DNA of 64,000 nucleotides, from assembly GCA_963840205.1 (NCBI GenBank), contig CAWIXZ010000001.1, positions 227,709 to 291,708 on the forward strand. Reading direction: 5' to 3'. Shown here one piece after another: positions 44,357 to 54,549 of the stretch. Both the position numbers and the translations under genes were made by a program. Under the pieces are notes generated by a model. That model searched no databases and was not told the origin of the DNA. It worked only from the letters and a program-made list of their open reading frames with translations. Within the stretch, counting starts at the first letter, position 1, and every line of letters begins with the position of its first letter. The stretch is from an uncultured Chloroflexia bacterium (lineage in GTDB: Bacteria; Chloroflexota; Limnocylindria; QHBO01).

Positions 44357-45241
44357 GTGGAGTACCGGATCGCCCTCGCCCAGGTGGCGCCGCGCCTCGG
44401 CGACCTCAACGCGAACCTCGAGATCGCCTCGAACGCGGTTCGACGGGCCGCGACTGAGGGCGCCGCGCTCACGGTCCTCCCTGAGCTCGCCCTCACCGGC
44501 TACCTGCTCCAGGACCTCGTGCCGGACGTCGCCATCCGGGCCGATGACGGCCGCCTGGCGAGCCTCTCGCGCGAGGCGTCCGGCATGCTCGTGGCCATCG
44601 GCTTCGTGGAGGAGACCGACGACCATCGCTACTGCAACAGCGTCGCGCTGCTGCGCGACGGGGAGGTCATCGGCCTCCATCGCAAGGTGTACCTGCCGAC
44701 CTACGGCCTCTTCGACGAGGGGCGCTTCACGCGTCCGGGTGAGCGGATCCGCACGCACGACGCCGGTCCGCCCGTGGGGCGCATCGGCCTTTCCGTATGC
44801 GAGGACTTCTGGCATCCGAGCCTGCCCCTGCTCCAGGCGCTGGACGGGGCAGACCTGCTCGTGAACGTGGCCGCAGGTCCCTCTCGCGCCCCGGGCAGCG
44901 ACGCGGGGCTGGTGGCGATCGCGGGCTGGCACAAGATGCAGGACACCTACGCGCTCCTCGGGAGCGTGCCGCTGGCGTTTTGCAACCGGGTGGGGAACGA
45001 GGAGGGCCTGACCTTCTGGGGTGGCTCGCGCGTGGTCGCTGGGGATGGCTCGACGGTGGTCGAGGCGCCGCTGTGGGAGGAGGCGTTCGTCGTCGGCACG
45101 CTCGAGACCGACGACGTGCGCATGCAGCGCTACAGCCTGCCGCTGCTGGCGGACGAGCGGCTGGAACTGACGCGCCGCGAGCTCGACCGGATCATCGCCG
45201 GGCGCGCGGGGCTCGAGACGGGGGAGGATCTCCCCGAATGA
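44357..45241 (+). CDS. Carbon-nitrogen hydrolase (nitrilase superfamily), likely the glutaminase subunit of NAD synthetase
   Basis: 294-aa ORF with the catalytic E-K-C triad context (VLPELALTGY, HRKVYLP, LSVCEDFWHP). It overlaps nadE by 4 bp. Confidence 0.7.
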   Translation: MEYRIALAQVAPRLGDLNANLEIASNAVRRAATEGAALTVLPELALTGYLLQDLVPDVAIRADDGRLASLSREASGMLVAIGFVEETDDHRYCNSVALLRDGEVIGLHRKVYLPTYGLFDEGRFTRPGERIRTHDAGPPVGRIGLSVCEDFWHPSLPLLQALDGADLLVNVAAGPSRAPGSDAGLVAIAGWHKMQDTYALLGSVPLAFCNRVGNEEGLTFWGGSRVVAGDGSTVVEAPLWEEAFVVGTLETDDVRMQRYSLPLLADERLELTRRELDRIIAGRAGLETGEDLPE

Positions 45242-46128
45242 CGCTCGACGAGCGCGCCCCCCTGCCGCGCGTCGAGCCGGCGCAGGCGGTCGCCGTCATC
45301 GTCAGCTTCATCCGCTCGCAGCTCGACCAGGCGGGCTTCTCGCGGCTCGTCCTGGGCCTTTCGGGCGGCGTCGACTCCGCCACGGTCGCGTACCTGTGCG
45401 CCGAGGCGATCGGCGCCGACAACCTGCTCGCGGTGCGCATGCCGTACCGGACCTCGTCGGAGGCATCGGAGGCCGATGCGCTGCGCGTTGTGAACGCCCT
45501 CGGCTGCCGGACCGAGCTCGTTGAGATCACGCCCATGGTGGAGCCGATGCTGGCGCTCATCGCGGACCCCGAGGCTCCGGTGCCCTCGGACGAGCTCAAC
45601 GTGCGGCGCGGCAACGTCATGGCGCGGCAGCGGATGATCGTGCTCTTCGACCGCTCCGCGGAGTTTGGGGCGCTCGTGGCCGGAACGAGCAACAAGACCG
45701 AGGCGCTCCTGGGCTACGGGACGCTGCACGGCGACATGGCGGCCGGCCTCGCGCCGATCGGGGACCTGTACAAGACCCAGCTGCGATCCGTCGCAACCCA
45801 CCTGGGCGTGCCGGAGGAGATCCTCGACAAGCCGCCGTCGGCCGACCTGTGGCCAGGCCAGACCGATGAGGGCGAGCTGGGCCGCACCTACGACCTGCTG
45901 GACCGCACGCTGTTCGCCCTCGTCGACCGGCGATGGACGGTGGACCGATGCGTCCGCGCCGGGCTGGACCGCGACCTCGTGGAGTGGGTCGCGTCGCGCG
46001 TCGCGCGCATGGAGTTCAAGCGCCAGCCGCCTCCGGTCGCGAAGCTTTCGCTCCGAACGCCCGGGATCGACCACCTCTATCCGCGCCGCCGCCCGGGCTC
46101 ACGCCGGCAGCCGGTAAGCGACGCCTAA
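45238..46128 (+). CDS. nadE: NAD+ synthetase (synthetase domain)
   Basis: PP-loop motif GLSGGVDSA (SGGxDS consensus), plus VAGTSNKTEALLGYGTLHGD and DLWPGQTDEGELG. Confidence 0.85.
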   Translation: MTLDERAPLPRVEPAQAVAVIVSFIRSQLDQAGFSRLVLGLSGGVDSATVAYLCAEAIGADNLLAVRMPYRTSSEASEADALRVVNALGCRTELVEITPMVEPMLALIADPEAPVPSDELNVRRGNVMARQRMIVLFDRSAEFGALVAGTSNKTEALLGYGTLHGDMAAGLAPIGDLYKTQLRSVATHLGVPEEILDKPPSADLWPGQTDEGELGRTYDLLDRTLFALVDRRWTVDRCVRAGLDRDLVEWVASRVARMEFKRQPPPVAKLSLRTPGIDHLYPRRRPGSRRQPVSDA

Positions 46129-46215
46129 TCGCGCGGTAACCGCGCCCCCCTAGGCTCCCTTCGCAAGCGGCCGAACTCGCCCCCGGTGCGCTGTGAGGCT
46201 GGAAGGAGCCAACCG

Positions 46216-46644
46216 ATGAACAAGGTGATGCTGGTCGGACGCCTGACGCGAGACCCGGAGCTGCGGTCGCTGCCGTCGGGCAAGGCGGTCGCGACCTTCT
46301 CCGTCGCGACGAATGAGTTCCGCGGCGGCAACGGCGAGCGGACGGAGTACCACGCCTGCGTCGCGTGGGACCGCCTGGCCGAGATCTGTGGCCAGTTCCT
46401 GTCGAAGGGGCAGCTCGTCGACATCGAGGGCCGTCTCCAGACGCGCCAATGGGACGACGACGCCGGGAAGCGACACTGGAAGACCGAGGTCGTGGTCGCG
46501 TCGCTCGAGATGCTGTCCGGTCGCTCCAAGAAGGAGTACGCCAAGGAGGCCCAGGCCGTCGCAGAGGGTGATGACGCGACTCCGGTGGCGGTCGGCACGA
46601 ATGGCGCCGCCGAGAGCGACCTCGAGGCCGTCGTCGCGATGTAG
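46216..46644 (+). CDS. ssb: Single-stranded DNA-binding protein paralogue with no C-terminal acidic DDDIPF tip
   Basis: OB-fold motifs MNKVMLVGRLTRDPELR and the VVAWDRLAE-type core; the translation ends ...ESDLEAVVAM. Confidence 0.75.
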   Translation: MNKVMLVGRLTRDPELRSLPSGKAVATFSVATNEFRGGNGERTEYHACVAWDRLAEICGQFLSKGQLVDIEGRLQTRQWDDDAGKRHWKTEVVVASLEMLSGRSKKEYAKEAQAVAEGDDATPVAVGTNGAAESDLEAVVAM

Positions 46645-46770
46645 TCACGATCGGGCGGCGGGGACTTCTCCCGGTCCCGTCGCCCGAGCCGCTTGGCTCG
46701 CAGTCCAGCCTTGCCTAGCTCGGAGAGCGGCCAAGCGATCGTTGACTGCGGGAATATAGTTCGTGAGCCG

Positions 46771-47712
46771 ATGCCCACGCGGACCCTCGAGCTTCGCACC
46801 ACTGCTCGTCGTAGTCTGGGCGTCATCGCCGCGGCCCTGGTCTGGACCGGCTGCACGGCACCACCCGTTGCCCAAGAGAGCCAAGACCCATCGGTCGGCG
46901 CGGCTGCCACGGCTTCGGCCAGCCTACCGGCGGGTCCTGCGCCCAGGACGCCTGCCCCATCGCCCACGTCTGAGCCGTCAGTCACGCCGGCGGCGACTCT
47001 CGCCTTCGAGGCGCCCGATGACATGCTGCCTCCCGGCAGCCTGGTCGTCGTGATCGTGGATGCGCTCCAGCTCCGAGCAGAGCCCGGCCTCAACGCACCG
47101 GTCGTGGCCACGGTGTCGGCAGGCGCTTTGTTCTCTGTCCATGCGCTTGGGCCGGTCATGCTGGATGGCCTCGACTGGTACAGGCTGGGAACGGCAGGCG
47201 ACTCAGTGCTGTGGGCCGCGGCCGGATCTGGCGGCGACCGGTACCTCGAGCTCGTGCCACCCGATTGCCCCGCAGCTGACCCCGATCTGGCCACGCTGAG
47301 CAACATGACCAAATGGGATCGACTCGCCTGCTTCGGTGACCGCTCGCTGAGTGTCGTCGGGACGTATGGACGCACGCGGCATGCGGTTGGAGCTCAGCCC
47401 GGAACTTATGAGCCGATCTGGCTGGCGGCTTCGGAGCCCGCCGATATCCTCTGGGTCGAGTGGGGAATCGGACCGCTCGCGTTGCATGTCGCGCCAGACT
47501 CCGGACTCGCGTTCCCGCCGGAGGGATCGATCGTGCGCGTCACCGGTCATTTCAACGACCCAGCATCCGCCACCTGCGTCGTGTCGGCTTTCGACGGCGA
47601 GCAGGTAATGGCACTCGATCCAAGGACGGCCGACCTGTACTGCCGCGAGCGCCTTGTGGTCGACGCCTTCGAGGTCATTGGGACCGATCCCAACTTCCGG
47701 GTCGGAGGGTAG
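46771..47712 (+). CDS. Lipoprotein with an SH3-like domain (paralogue of the next gene's N-terminal region)
   Basis: Lipobox AAALVWTGCTA, a Pro/Ala-rich linker, and SH3b-like segments (VVIVDALQLRAEPGLNAPVVATVSAGALFSV, LDWYRL). Confidence 0.55.
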   Translation: MPTRTLELRTTARRSLGVIAAALVWTGCTAPPVAQESQDPSVGAAATASASLPAGPAPRTPAPSPTSEPSVTPAATLAFEAPDDMLPPGSLVVVIVDALQLRAEPGLNAPVVATVSAGALFSVHALGPVMLDGLDWYRLGTAGDSVLWAAAGSGGDRYLELVPPDCPAADPDLATLSNMTKWDRLACFGDRSLSVVGTYGRTRHAVGAQPGTYEPIWLAASEPADILWVEWGIGPLALHVAPDSGLAFPPEGSIVRVTGHFNDPASATCVVSAFDGEQVMALDPRTADLYCRERLVVDAFEVIGTDPNFRVGG

Positions 47713-47720
47713 GACGGTCC

Positions 47721-49094
47721 ATGACCCGCACCATCGTCGCGCTGATCACCTGCATCGTGGTCTCGGGGTGTGTTTCGGGGGTCGCCCAGACCGGATCCGT
47801 CCCGCCCGGCGGATCCGCTTCGCAGACTGCGACAGTGATGCCCACGCAGGCCCTCGAACCCTCGACGGAACCGACCAGTGCGGCCGCGGCCGAGCTCGGG
47901 CCGGAGACGGTGCTGAGAGTCATGGTCGACGGGCTTCGCATGCGCGACGAGCCGAGCATGAGCGGCCAGTTGGTCGACACGTTGAACGCGGGAGAATCGG
48001 TGGGCGCCATCGACGGGCGGCCCATCGAGGCTGATGGTCACGACTGGTACGAGGTCCGTCAGGGCCCGGGCGGGCGCTCCGGCTGGGTCTCAAGCGGTCC
48101 GGACGGCGACTGGCTCGCAGTCGTTCGCAATGGGCGGATCGCGTTCGCCTGCACTGGCTGCACCCATAGCGGCGGAACCGGCGGCACGTTCAGCACCGAG
48201 GCTGACCGCTGGGACCCGCTCACACTGTTAGATCAGCTGGCCACGCCGACCTGGTCCCCGGACGGCACTCGCCTCGCACTCGTTACGGGCGACCTGCCGC
48301 TCGGGCCTGAGACGCGCCTGCTCCTCATGTCAGCCGACGGGAGCGGGCAGGTCGACATGGGAACCGGCACGCAGCCGGCATGGTCCCCGGACGGCACCCA
48401 GCTGGTATATCTCGACTTGTCCGAGGGCCGGCTGGTGCTTCTCGATGCGGATGGCGACCGGACCGTGCTCCCCGCCGCGGGCACTTCGCCGGCATGGTCG
48501 CCCGATGGGCTGCGGCTTACCTTCGAGGCGCTCGATTGCCCGGAGTGCGAGCCTGGCCAGCCGATCGGCGGCGATCCGCCGATCGCAATCTTCCTGTTCG
48601 CTCCCCCGAGCGGCGCGGTCGAGCGGTTGGCCGGGCAGGGTGCCGCCTACGGCGCGAAGTGGTCGCCGGACGGCGAAGTCATCGCGTTCGGGCAACTCGA
48701 CTATCTGGGTCCACTTGCCAGGTCGTTCCTCCAGGTGCCCGCGACCGGTGGGGAGCCCCTCCCGCTTCCCGGCGTTCCCGACGAGGCGGCGCTCAACGGG
48801 TTCGCCTGGTCGCCCGACGGCTCGCGCATCGCCTTCGGCGGCCCGGACGGGATCGTGGTCGCGAACGCCGATGGCAGCGACCCGCGCCTCATCACTGGGC
48901 ACGATGGGTCGCTGGCCGCCGGGAACCCGCGCTGGTCGCCGGATGGTCGCCGCATCCTGTACGACATGGTGGCCACCCAAGGCGACGCCATCTATGCGTG
49001 GGTCGTGGGGCGCGACGGAGCCGATCCGCACTCGGTGAGCGACGCCGCCGGATACGGCGCCAACTGGCAGGCAATCCTCGAGCCGCTTCCGTAG
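47721..49094 (+). CDS. Lipoprotein with an SH3-like domain plus a TolB-like (PD40 WSPDG-repeat) beta-propeller
   Basis: Lipobox IVVSGCVS. SH3-like segments (LRVMVDGLRMRDEPSMSGQLVDTLNAGESVG, DWYEV). Six or more PD40-like repeats (TWSPDGTRLA, AWSPDGTQLV, AWSPDGLRLT, KWSPDGEVIA, AWSPDGSRIA, RWSPDGRRIL). Confidence 0.65.
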   Translation: MTRTIVALITCIVVSGCVSGVAQTGSVPPGGSASQTATVMPTQALEPSTEPTSAAAAELGPETVLRVMVDGLRMRDEPSMSGQLVDTLNAGESVGAIDGRPIEADGHDWYEVRQGPGGRSGWVSSGPDGDWLAVVRNGRIAFACTGCTHSGGTGGTFSTEADRWDPLTLLDQLATPTWSPDGTRLALVTGDLPLGPETRLLLMSADGSGQVDMGTGTQPAWSPDGTQLVYLDLSEGRLVLLDADGDRTVLPAAGTSPAWSPDGLRLTFEALDCPECEPGQPIGGDPPIAIFLFAPPSGAVERLAGQGAAYGAKWSPDGEVIAFGQLDYLGPLARSFLQVPATGGEPLPLPGVPDEAALNGFAWSPDGSRIAFGGPDGIVVANADGSDPRLITGHDGSLAAGNPRWSPDGRRILYDMVATQGDAIYAWVVGRDGADPHSVSDAAGYGANWQAILEPLP

Positions 49095-49594
49095 TCGATG
49101 GAGCGATCCAGCAGGTCAAGCGCCAGAGCGAGGTCGGACTCGGCGATGGCGCGGAATCGGTCGCTGGGCCACCCGAGCATCGTCAGGGGGGTGGGGGCGT
49201 CGATGCCGCTGACCCGGAACGTTCGTCGGGGTCGGACGGGTCCACCGCGACGATGCTTCCGTTCGCGGTGCGGCCGTCACGCGCGATCGAGGCCCCACGA
49301 AGGTGCCGCCCAGGACGAGTGCGGCTCGCGAGGGCCGCTCTCCGTGGCGCATGGCTGAGCCGCGTCCCTGCTCCACGATGGAACTCGCCCGGACGAGCCG
49401 GTCAACGGTGGTCGACGATGCCCCGGGCCAAGTGCGCCTGATCGCCTCGGCCGCGCCGGAGCGAAGCGGTGGCTCGCTCATTGCGTGAGGATACGCCCGG
49501 CATCTCCCGTTGACGCCTGGGGGCCCCTACGTCATTTGCCGAATGCGGAGCGACCGGACGGTCGGATGCTCGTGCGCCGTCGCTCTCGTACGCT

Positions 49595-50710
49595 GTGTGC
49601 ATGGAACCCACGACCGCAGACGCATCGACCGAGGTCGGCTCGGTCCCACAGACCCTCACCGACCGCCTGTTCTCGGCCGCGCTCGGCACCCTCGATCTCG
49701 CCGGCGTGTATCTCGGCGACCGGCTCGGGTTGTACCGCGCGTTGGTGGACGCCGGAGCAGCCACTGCGACTGAGCTCGCGGAGCGCGCTGGGATCGACGG
49801 GCGGTACGCCCGCGAGTGGCTCGAGCAGCAGGCCGTGACCGGCATTCTGGAAGCCGGAACCACGACTGCCGACGGCGAGACGCGCTTCCTGCTTCCTGAA
49901 CGGCATCGCGCAGCCCTCGTCGAGCCCGAGAGCCTCGATGGCATCGCGCCACTCATGCGGATGGTTGCCGCCGCCGTGGCTCGCCTGCCGGAGCTCGCCG
50001 AGGCATATCGGTCCGGTGCCGGCATCGGTTGGGAGCGCTACGGCGCCGACATGCGCGAGGGCCAGGCGTCATTCAACCGGCCGGCATTCACGCACCTCCT
50101 CGGCCGGGAGTGGCTGCCCTCGATCCCGGATATCGACGCTCGGCTGAGGGCGGCGCCACCGGCGACGCTCGTGGATGTCGGGTGCGGCGAGGGATGGTCG
50201 ACGATCGCGCTGGCGAAGGCTTACCCGCAGGCGCGCGTGATCGGCGTCGACCTGGACGGGCCCTCGATCGAGGCGGCCAGTCGACACGCGACCGAAGCCG
50301 GGGTGGCCGATCACGTCGAGTTCCGTGCGGCGGATGCGGCGACGATGGAGGAACGGGCCGACGTGGCGCTGATCATCGAGGCCGTGCACGACATGTCGGA
50401 CCCGGTGGCGGTGCTGTCCGCGATCCGGAGGAACCTGGCACCGGGCGCGTCGCTGATCGTCGTCGACGAGCGGGTGGCGGAGACGTTCACCGCACCGGGC
50501 GACGACATCGAGCGGTTCATGTATGGCTGGAGCATCACCACCTGCCTGCCGGATGGCCGATCGCGCTCGCCCAGTGCGGCGACCGGCACCGTCATGCGCC
50601 CCGCGACGCTGCGACGGTACGCCGAGGACGCTGGCTTCGCCTCCGTGGAGATACTGCCGATCGAGAACGACTTCTTCCGCTTCTACCGGCTTCGAGCCCT
50701 CGACACGTAG
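49595..50710 (+). CDS. Class I SAM-dependent methyltransferase with an N-terminal winged-helix/dimerisation domain
   Basis: SAM-binding motif LVDVGCGEGWSTIALA, with acidic residues after beta2/beta4 (VIGVDLD, FRAADA). The likely true start is the ATG at 49601. Confidence 0.7.
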   Translation: MCMEPTTADASTEVGSVPQTLTDRLFSAALGTLDLAGVYLGDRLGLYRALVDAGAATATELAERAGIDGRYAREWLEQQAVTGILEAGTTTADGETRFLLPERHRAALVEPESLDGIAPLMRMVAAAVARLPELAEAYRSGAGIGWERYGADMREGQASFNRPAFTHLLGREWLPSIPDIDARLRAAPPATLVDVGCGEGWSTIALAKAYPQARVIGVDLDGPSIEAASRHATEAGVADHVEFRAADAATMEERADVALIIEAVHDMSDPVAVLSAIRRNLAPGASLIVVDERVAETFTAPGDDIERFMYGWSITTCLPDGRSRSPSAATGTVMRPATLRRYAEDAGFASVEILPIENDFFRFYRLRALDT

Positions 50711-50788
50711 GCCCCAGCTGTAACCCGTCGCCGCGCCTGAGCTCCGGCGTGGCAGACTTCTCCTCCAAGGATCTGGAGGAGAAACCCA

Positions 50789-51316
50789 ATGTCTGGAGCG
50801 GCGTCACGCGGACGAGCGCTGGCGATCATCGCGCCTCTGCTGGGCGCGCTGGTGCTGGCCTCCTGTCAGGCGGCTGAGGATGGCGCAACAACGCAGAGCG
50901 CAGCGGATGAGCCCACACAGGCCGCCGCGGAGTCAGTGTCCGCGGCCAGCCCGGCACCGGACGAGGGCGACCCCGCGTCTGGTGAGGTGAGGCTCACCGT
51001 CGCCGAGACAACCGCTGGGCCAGCCCTTGCCGGCGAGGACGGCATGACCCTCTACGTGCTGTTCGGCGACAACGAGGATGGCAGTGGTTGCATCGATGCG
51101 TGCGAGGGCGCCTGGCCGCCGTTCACCATCGAAGCGGGGACCGAGATCGTGGCCGGTGAGGGAGTCACTGGCGAGTTCCCCACCACCACGCGACCCGACG
51201 GAACGACTCAGGTCACTTGGTTCGGCCGGCCGCTCTACTACTACGCCAGTGACACGAGCCCCGGCGACGCAAATGGGCACGAGGTTGGAGACGTCTGGTT
51301 CGTGGTCGAGCAGTGA
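50789..51316 (+). CDS. Secreted lipoprotein of the COG4315 (Lipoprotein_15) family
   Basis: Lipobox LVLASCQA and the two COG4315 repeat signatures (GMTLYVLFGDNEDGSGCIDACEGAWPP, GRPLYYYASDTSPGDANGHEV). Confidence 0.6.
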   Translation: MSGAASRGRALAIIAPLLGALVLASCQAAEDGATTQSAADEPTQAAAESVSAASPAPDEGDPASGEVRLTVAETTAGPALAGEDGMTLYVLFGDNEDGSGCIDACEGAWPPFTIEAGTEIVAGEGVTGEFPTTTRPDGTTQVTWFGRPLYYYASDTSPGDANGHEVGDVWFVVEQ

Positions 51317-51353
51317 CGTCCCGACGGGGCAGGGGCGAGACCTGAAGTCAGGA

Positions 51354-52096
51354 ATGGCGATCGACTACCCCTACAACGGACGGCTCAGCCGCTGGGAGGA
51401 GGTGTCTCCCGGACTGGCCATCGTCGGCGTGCAGTCGCTCGAAGAGTCGTTCCCGTTCGAGCCGGGGCAGTACGCCACGCTGGGGCTCATGGGGCCCGAG
51501 GGCAAGCTCGTGCGGCGCCCGATGAGCATCTCCTCGTCCGCCGACGACCTTTCGGAATACGAGTTCTTCATCCGGCTCGTCGACTCGGGCGGCTTCACCC
51601 CGCTCCTGTGGGAGCGCAAGGTCGGCGACCCGATCGACATCAAGGGCGCGAAGGGCAAGTTCCTGCTCCAGGACGACGGACGGCAGTCGCTGTTCGTCGC
51701 CTCCGGGACGGGGCTCGCCCCCTTCATCAGCATGATCGAGACGCTGCGCGGCCGCGGGCAGGAGCGCGACGTCGTGCTGCTCCACGGCGTGAGCCACGAT
51801 CGGGACCTCGCGTGGCGCGAGCAGCTCACCGAGCTCGCGAACGGCGGCGGCTTCCCGCTTCGATACGCCGGGACCGTCTCGCGGCCGGAGCACAGCCCGG
51901 AATGGGACGGGCTCACCGGACGCGTCGAGGCGGTCGTCCCCGGGCCAGCTGGACGAGCACCGGTTGCACGCCGAGAACACCACGATCTACGTCTGCGGCA
52001 ACCCGGACATGATCACCACCGTCGACGAGATCGCCGCTCGGCCGCGGCTTCGCCCCCGAGCAGGTGCGCAAGGAGCTGTACTGGCCGAAGGGCCGG
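51354..52096 (+). CDS. Ferredoxin--NADP+ reductase-like oxidoreductase (FAD/NAD-binding). About 2 frame changes near 51940-52010.
   Basis: FAD-binding RPMSISS, NAD-binding FVASGTGLAPFISM, and a C-terminal TTIYVCGNPDMITTVDE in a second frame. Confidence 0.6.
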
Positions 52097-52105
52097 GCGC
52101 ACTGA

Positions 52106-53676
52106 GATGGCCGACGCCGAAGGGCTACTACCTCACCACCGCGATCTTCTATCCGTCGCCCGCCCCTGCGCTGCACTCGATGTTCGAGGCCATCGGCGCC
52201 GATGCCATCGCCCGCTACCAGCGGCTCATGGGTCGCGAGACGCACTTCCTCACGGGGCTGGACGAGCACTCCGCCAACGTCGAGCGCGACGCGCTCGAGC
52301 AGGGAATTGATCCGCATCGGCTCATCGACCCGTGGGCCGAGACGTGGCAGGCGACCTTCGCGCGCTACGGCATCAGCGCCGATCGGTTCATCCGCACCAC
52401 CGACGCGGACCACGCGCGCGCGTCGACCGAGATGGTGCGGCGTGCCCAGGCGGCCGGCGACGTGTACCGCGGCACGTACTCGGGCTGGTTCTGCAACGGG
52501 TGCAACGAGTTCAAGACCGATCAGCAGCTCGTGAACGGCCGCTGCCCCGACCACCCGACGCTGGATCCCGTGTGGCTGGAGGAGGACAACTACTTCTTCC
52601 GCCTGTCGGCCTACCAGGAACGCCTGGAGCGCCTGTACGCCGAGAACCCGTCGTTCTGCGAGCCGGCGCACTTCCGCAACGAGGTGCTCGGCTGGCTGCG
52701 AGAGGGGCTGCGCGACTTCTCCATCAGCCGGTCGGGCACGAAGTGGGGGATCCCGTTCCCCGGCGACGAGGCACATCGCATCTACGTGTGGTTCGACGCC
52801 CTCACCAACTACCTCACCGGGGCAGGCTTTCCGGACGACCAGGCGACCTTCGACCGATGGTGGCCGGCCGACGTGCACGTCATCGGCAAGAACATCACCC
52901 GCTTCCACTGCCTCTACTGGCCGGCGATGCTCATGAGCGCGGGGCTGCCTCTCCCGAAGCAGGTCTTCGCCCACGGTTTCATGCTCGACCGCGGTGAGCG
53001 CATGAGCAAGACGCGCGGGAACACCAGGGACCCCCACCAGGCGGCCGATGAGTTCGGCGTGGACGGCATCCGCTACGTCGTCCTGCGCGAGGTCCCCTTC
53101 GACCGAGACGCGGACGTCACCTACGACTCCTTCGTGCGCCGATACAACGCGGACCTCGCCAATGACCTCGGCAACCTCGTGAACCGCACGGTGAGCATGA
53201 GCCGCCGATACCTCGAGGGACGCCTTCCGGCGGTGACCGATGCGACCGCCGAGGCGGACCTCGAACTGCGGGCGGCCGCCGAGCGGGTGGTCGCCTCCTA
53301 CCACGATGCCTTCGACCGATTCCAGCTCCATGCGGCCCTGGCCGGGATGATGGAGCTTGCCGGCGCCGCCAACGGCTACGCCGAGAGCCAGGCGCCATGG
53401 AGCGTGCACAAGGGGGGCGATCTCGCCCGGGTCGGCCAGATCCTCGCCGTCATGGCGGAGGCGTGCCGCCTCATCGGTCACATGCTCGCGCCCGTGGCGC
53501 CGTCGGGGGCGCGGGCCATCCACGAGCAGCTCGGAGCTGCGCCACCCTATGACGAGCGTGGCGCGGGCGGCCCCGGCTTCGCGACGCTCCTCGCGTGGGG
53601 TGGTGGGGGAGGCGGCTCGCAGACGGGTGAGCCCGTGCCGGTCTTCCCGCGCATCGAGCTCGAGGCGGCCGTCTGA
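52106..53676 (+). CDS. metG: Methionine--tRNA ligase. A frame change lies within the first ~10 codons.
   Basis: YYLTTAIFYPSPAPALHSMFEAIGADAIARYQRLMGRETHFLTGLDEHSANVE (HIGH-like region), the zinc knuckle CNGCNEF...CPDHP, and KMSKTRGN. Confidence 0.85.
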
Positions 53677-53687
53677 GCCGTCGCGGC

Positions 53688-54476
53688 GTGCCCGAGCGCC
53701 TCCCTGGGGTGGTCGACTCTCACGCGCACCTCCAGCACGCGCAGTTCGACGCCGATCGCGACGCCGTCGTGGAGCGCGCGATCGCGGCGGGCGTCGACCG
53801 CATCCTCGTGCCCGGCTGGGACATCGCCTCGTCCGAGGCTGCGCTGGAGCTCGCCGATCGCCACGCTCCAGTCGTGCTCGCAGGCGTCGGCGTCCATCCG
53901 CATGACGCGGCTGCCATGGACGAAGAAGGCTGGGGAAGACTGGAGGCACTCCTCGCCGACCCACGCTGCGTCGCGGTCGGCGAGATCGGCCTGGACTACC
54001 ACCGCAACCTCTCGCCGCCCGACGTGCAGCGGGACGCCTTCGCGCGGCAGCTCGCGCTGGCGGCGGCGCGGAACCTGCCCGTCCTCGTCCACTGCCGGGA
54101 GGCGCATCGGGACGTCACGAATGCCCTGCTCGCGTGGCGGGGTCGTGAGGGCGGCGACGCACGCGGAGCGCTGCATGCCTTCTCGGGAGACGCGGCCATG
54201 GCCACCTCGCTGGCCGAGGCGGGCTTCCTCATCAGCTTCGCGTTGCCGGTCGCGTTCCGGTCGGCCGCGGGTCCGCGAGCGGCCGCGGCGGCGCTGCCCG
54301 AGACCGCGCTGCTGGTCGAGACCGACTCCCCGTACCTCGGACCGGACCGCGAGCGCCGCAACGAGCCTACGACCGTGTTGCGCGTGGCGGCCGAGCTTGC
54401 GGCGCTGCGAGAATCCAAGCCGGAATCCATCGCCGCGGCCGCACGAGACTCGTTCGAGCGGCTCGTCGTGGCATGA
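53688..54476 (+). CDS. tatD: TatD-family metal-dependent hydrolase/DNase
   Basis: Motifs VDSHAHL, AVGEIGLDYH, PVLVHCREAH and LVETDSPYL in an intact ORF after metG, the usual position. Confidence 0.85.
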   Translation: MPERLPGVVDSHAHLQHAQFDADRDAVVERAIAAGVDRILVPGWDIASSEAALELADRHAPVVLAGVGVHPHDAAAMDEEGWGRLEALLADPRCVAVGEIGLDYHRNLSPPDVQRDAFARQLALAAARNLPVLVHCREAHRDVTNALLAWRGREGGDARGALHAFSGDAAMATSLAEAGFLISFALPVAFRSAAGPRAAAAALPETALLVETDSPYLGPDRERRNEPTTVLRVAAELAALRESKPESIAAAARDSFERLVVA

Positions 54477-54549
54477 CGGTTGCTTGGTCGGTGAGTGACA
54501 GAACGCCATCTCGCGATGGAATCAATGGAATGGATGGAGGCACCAACGC

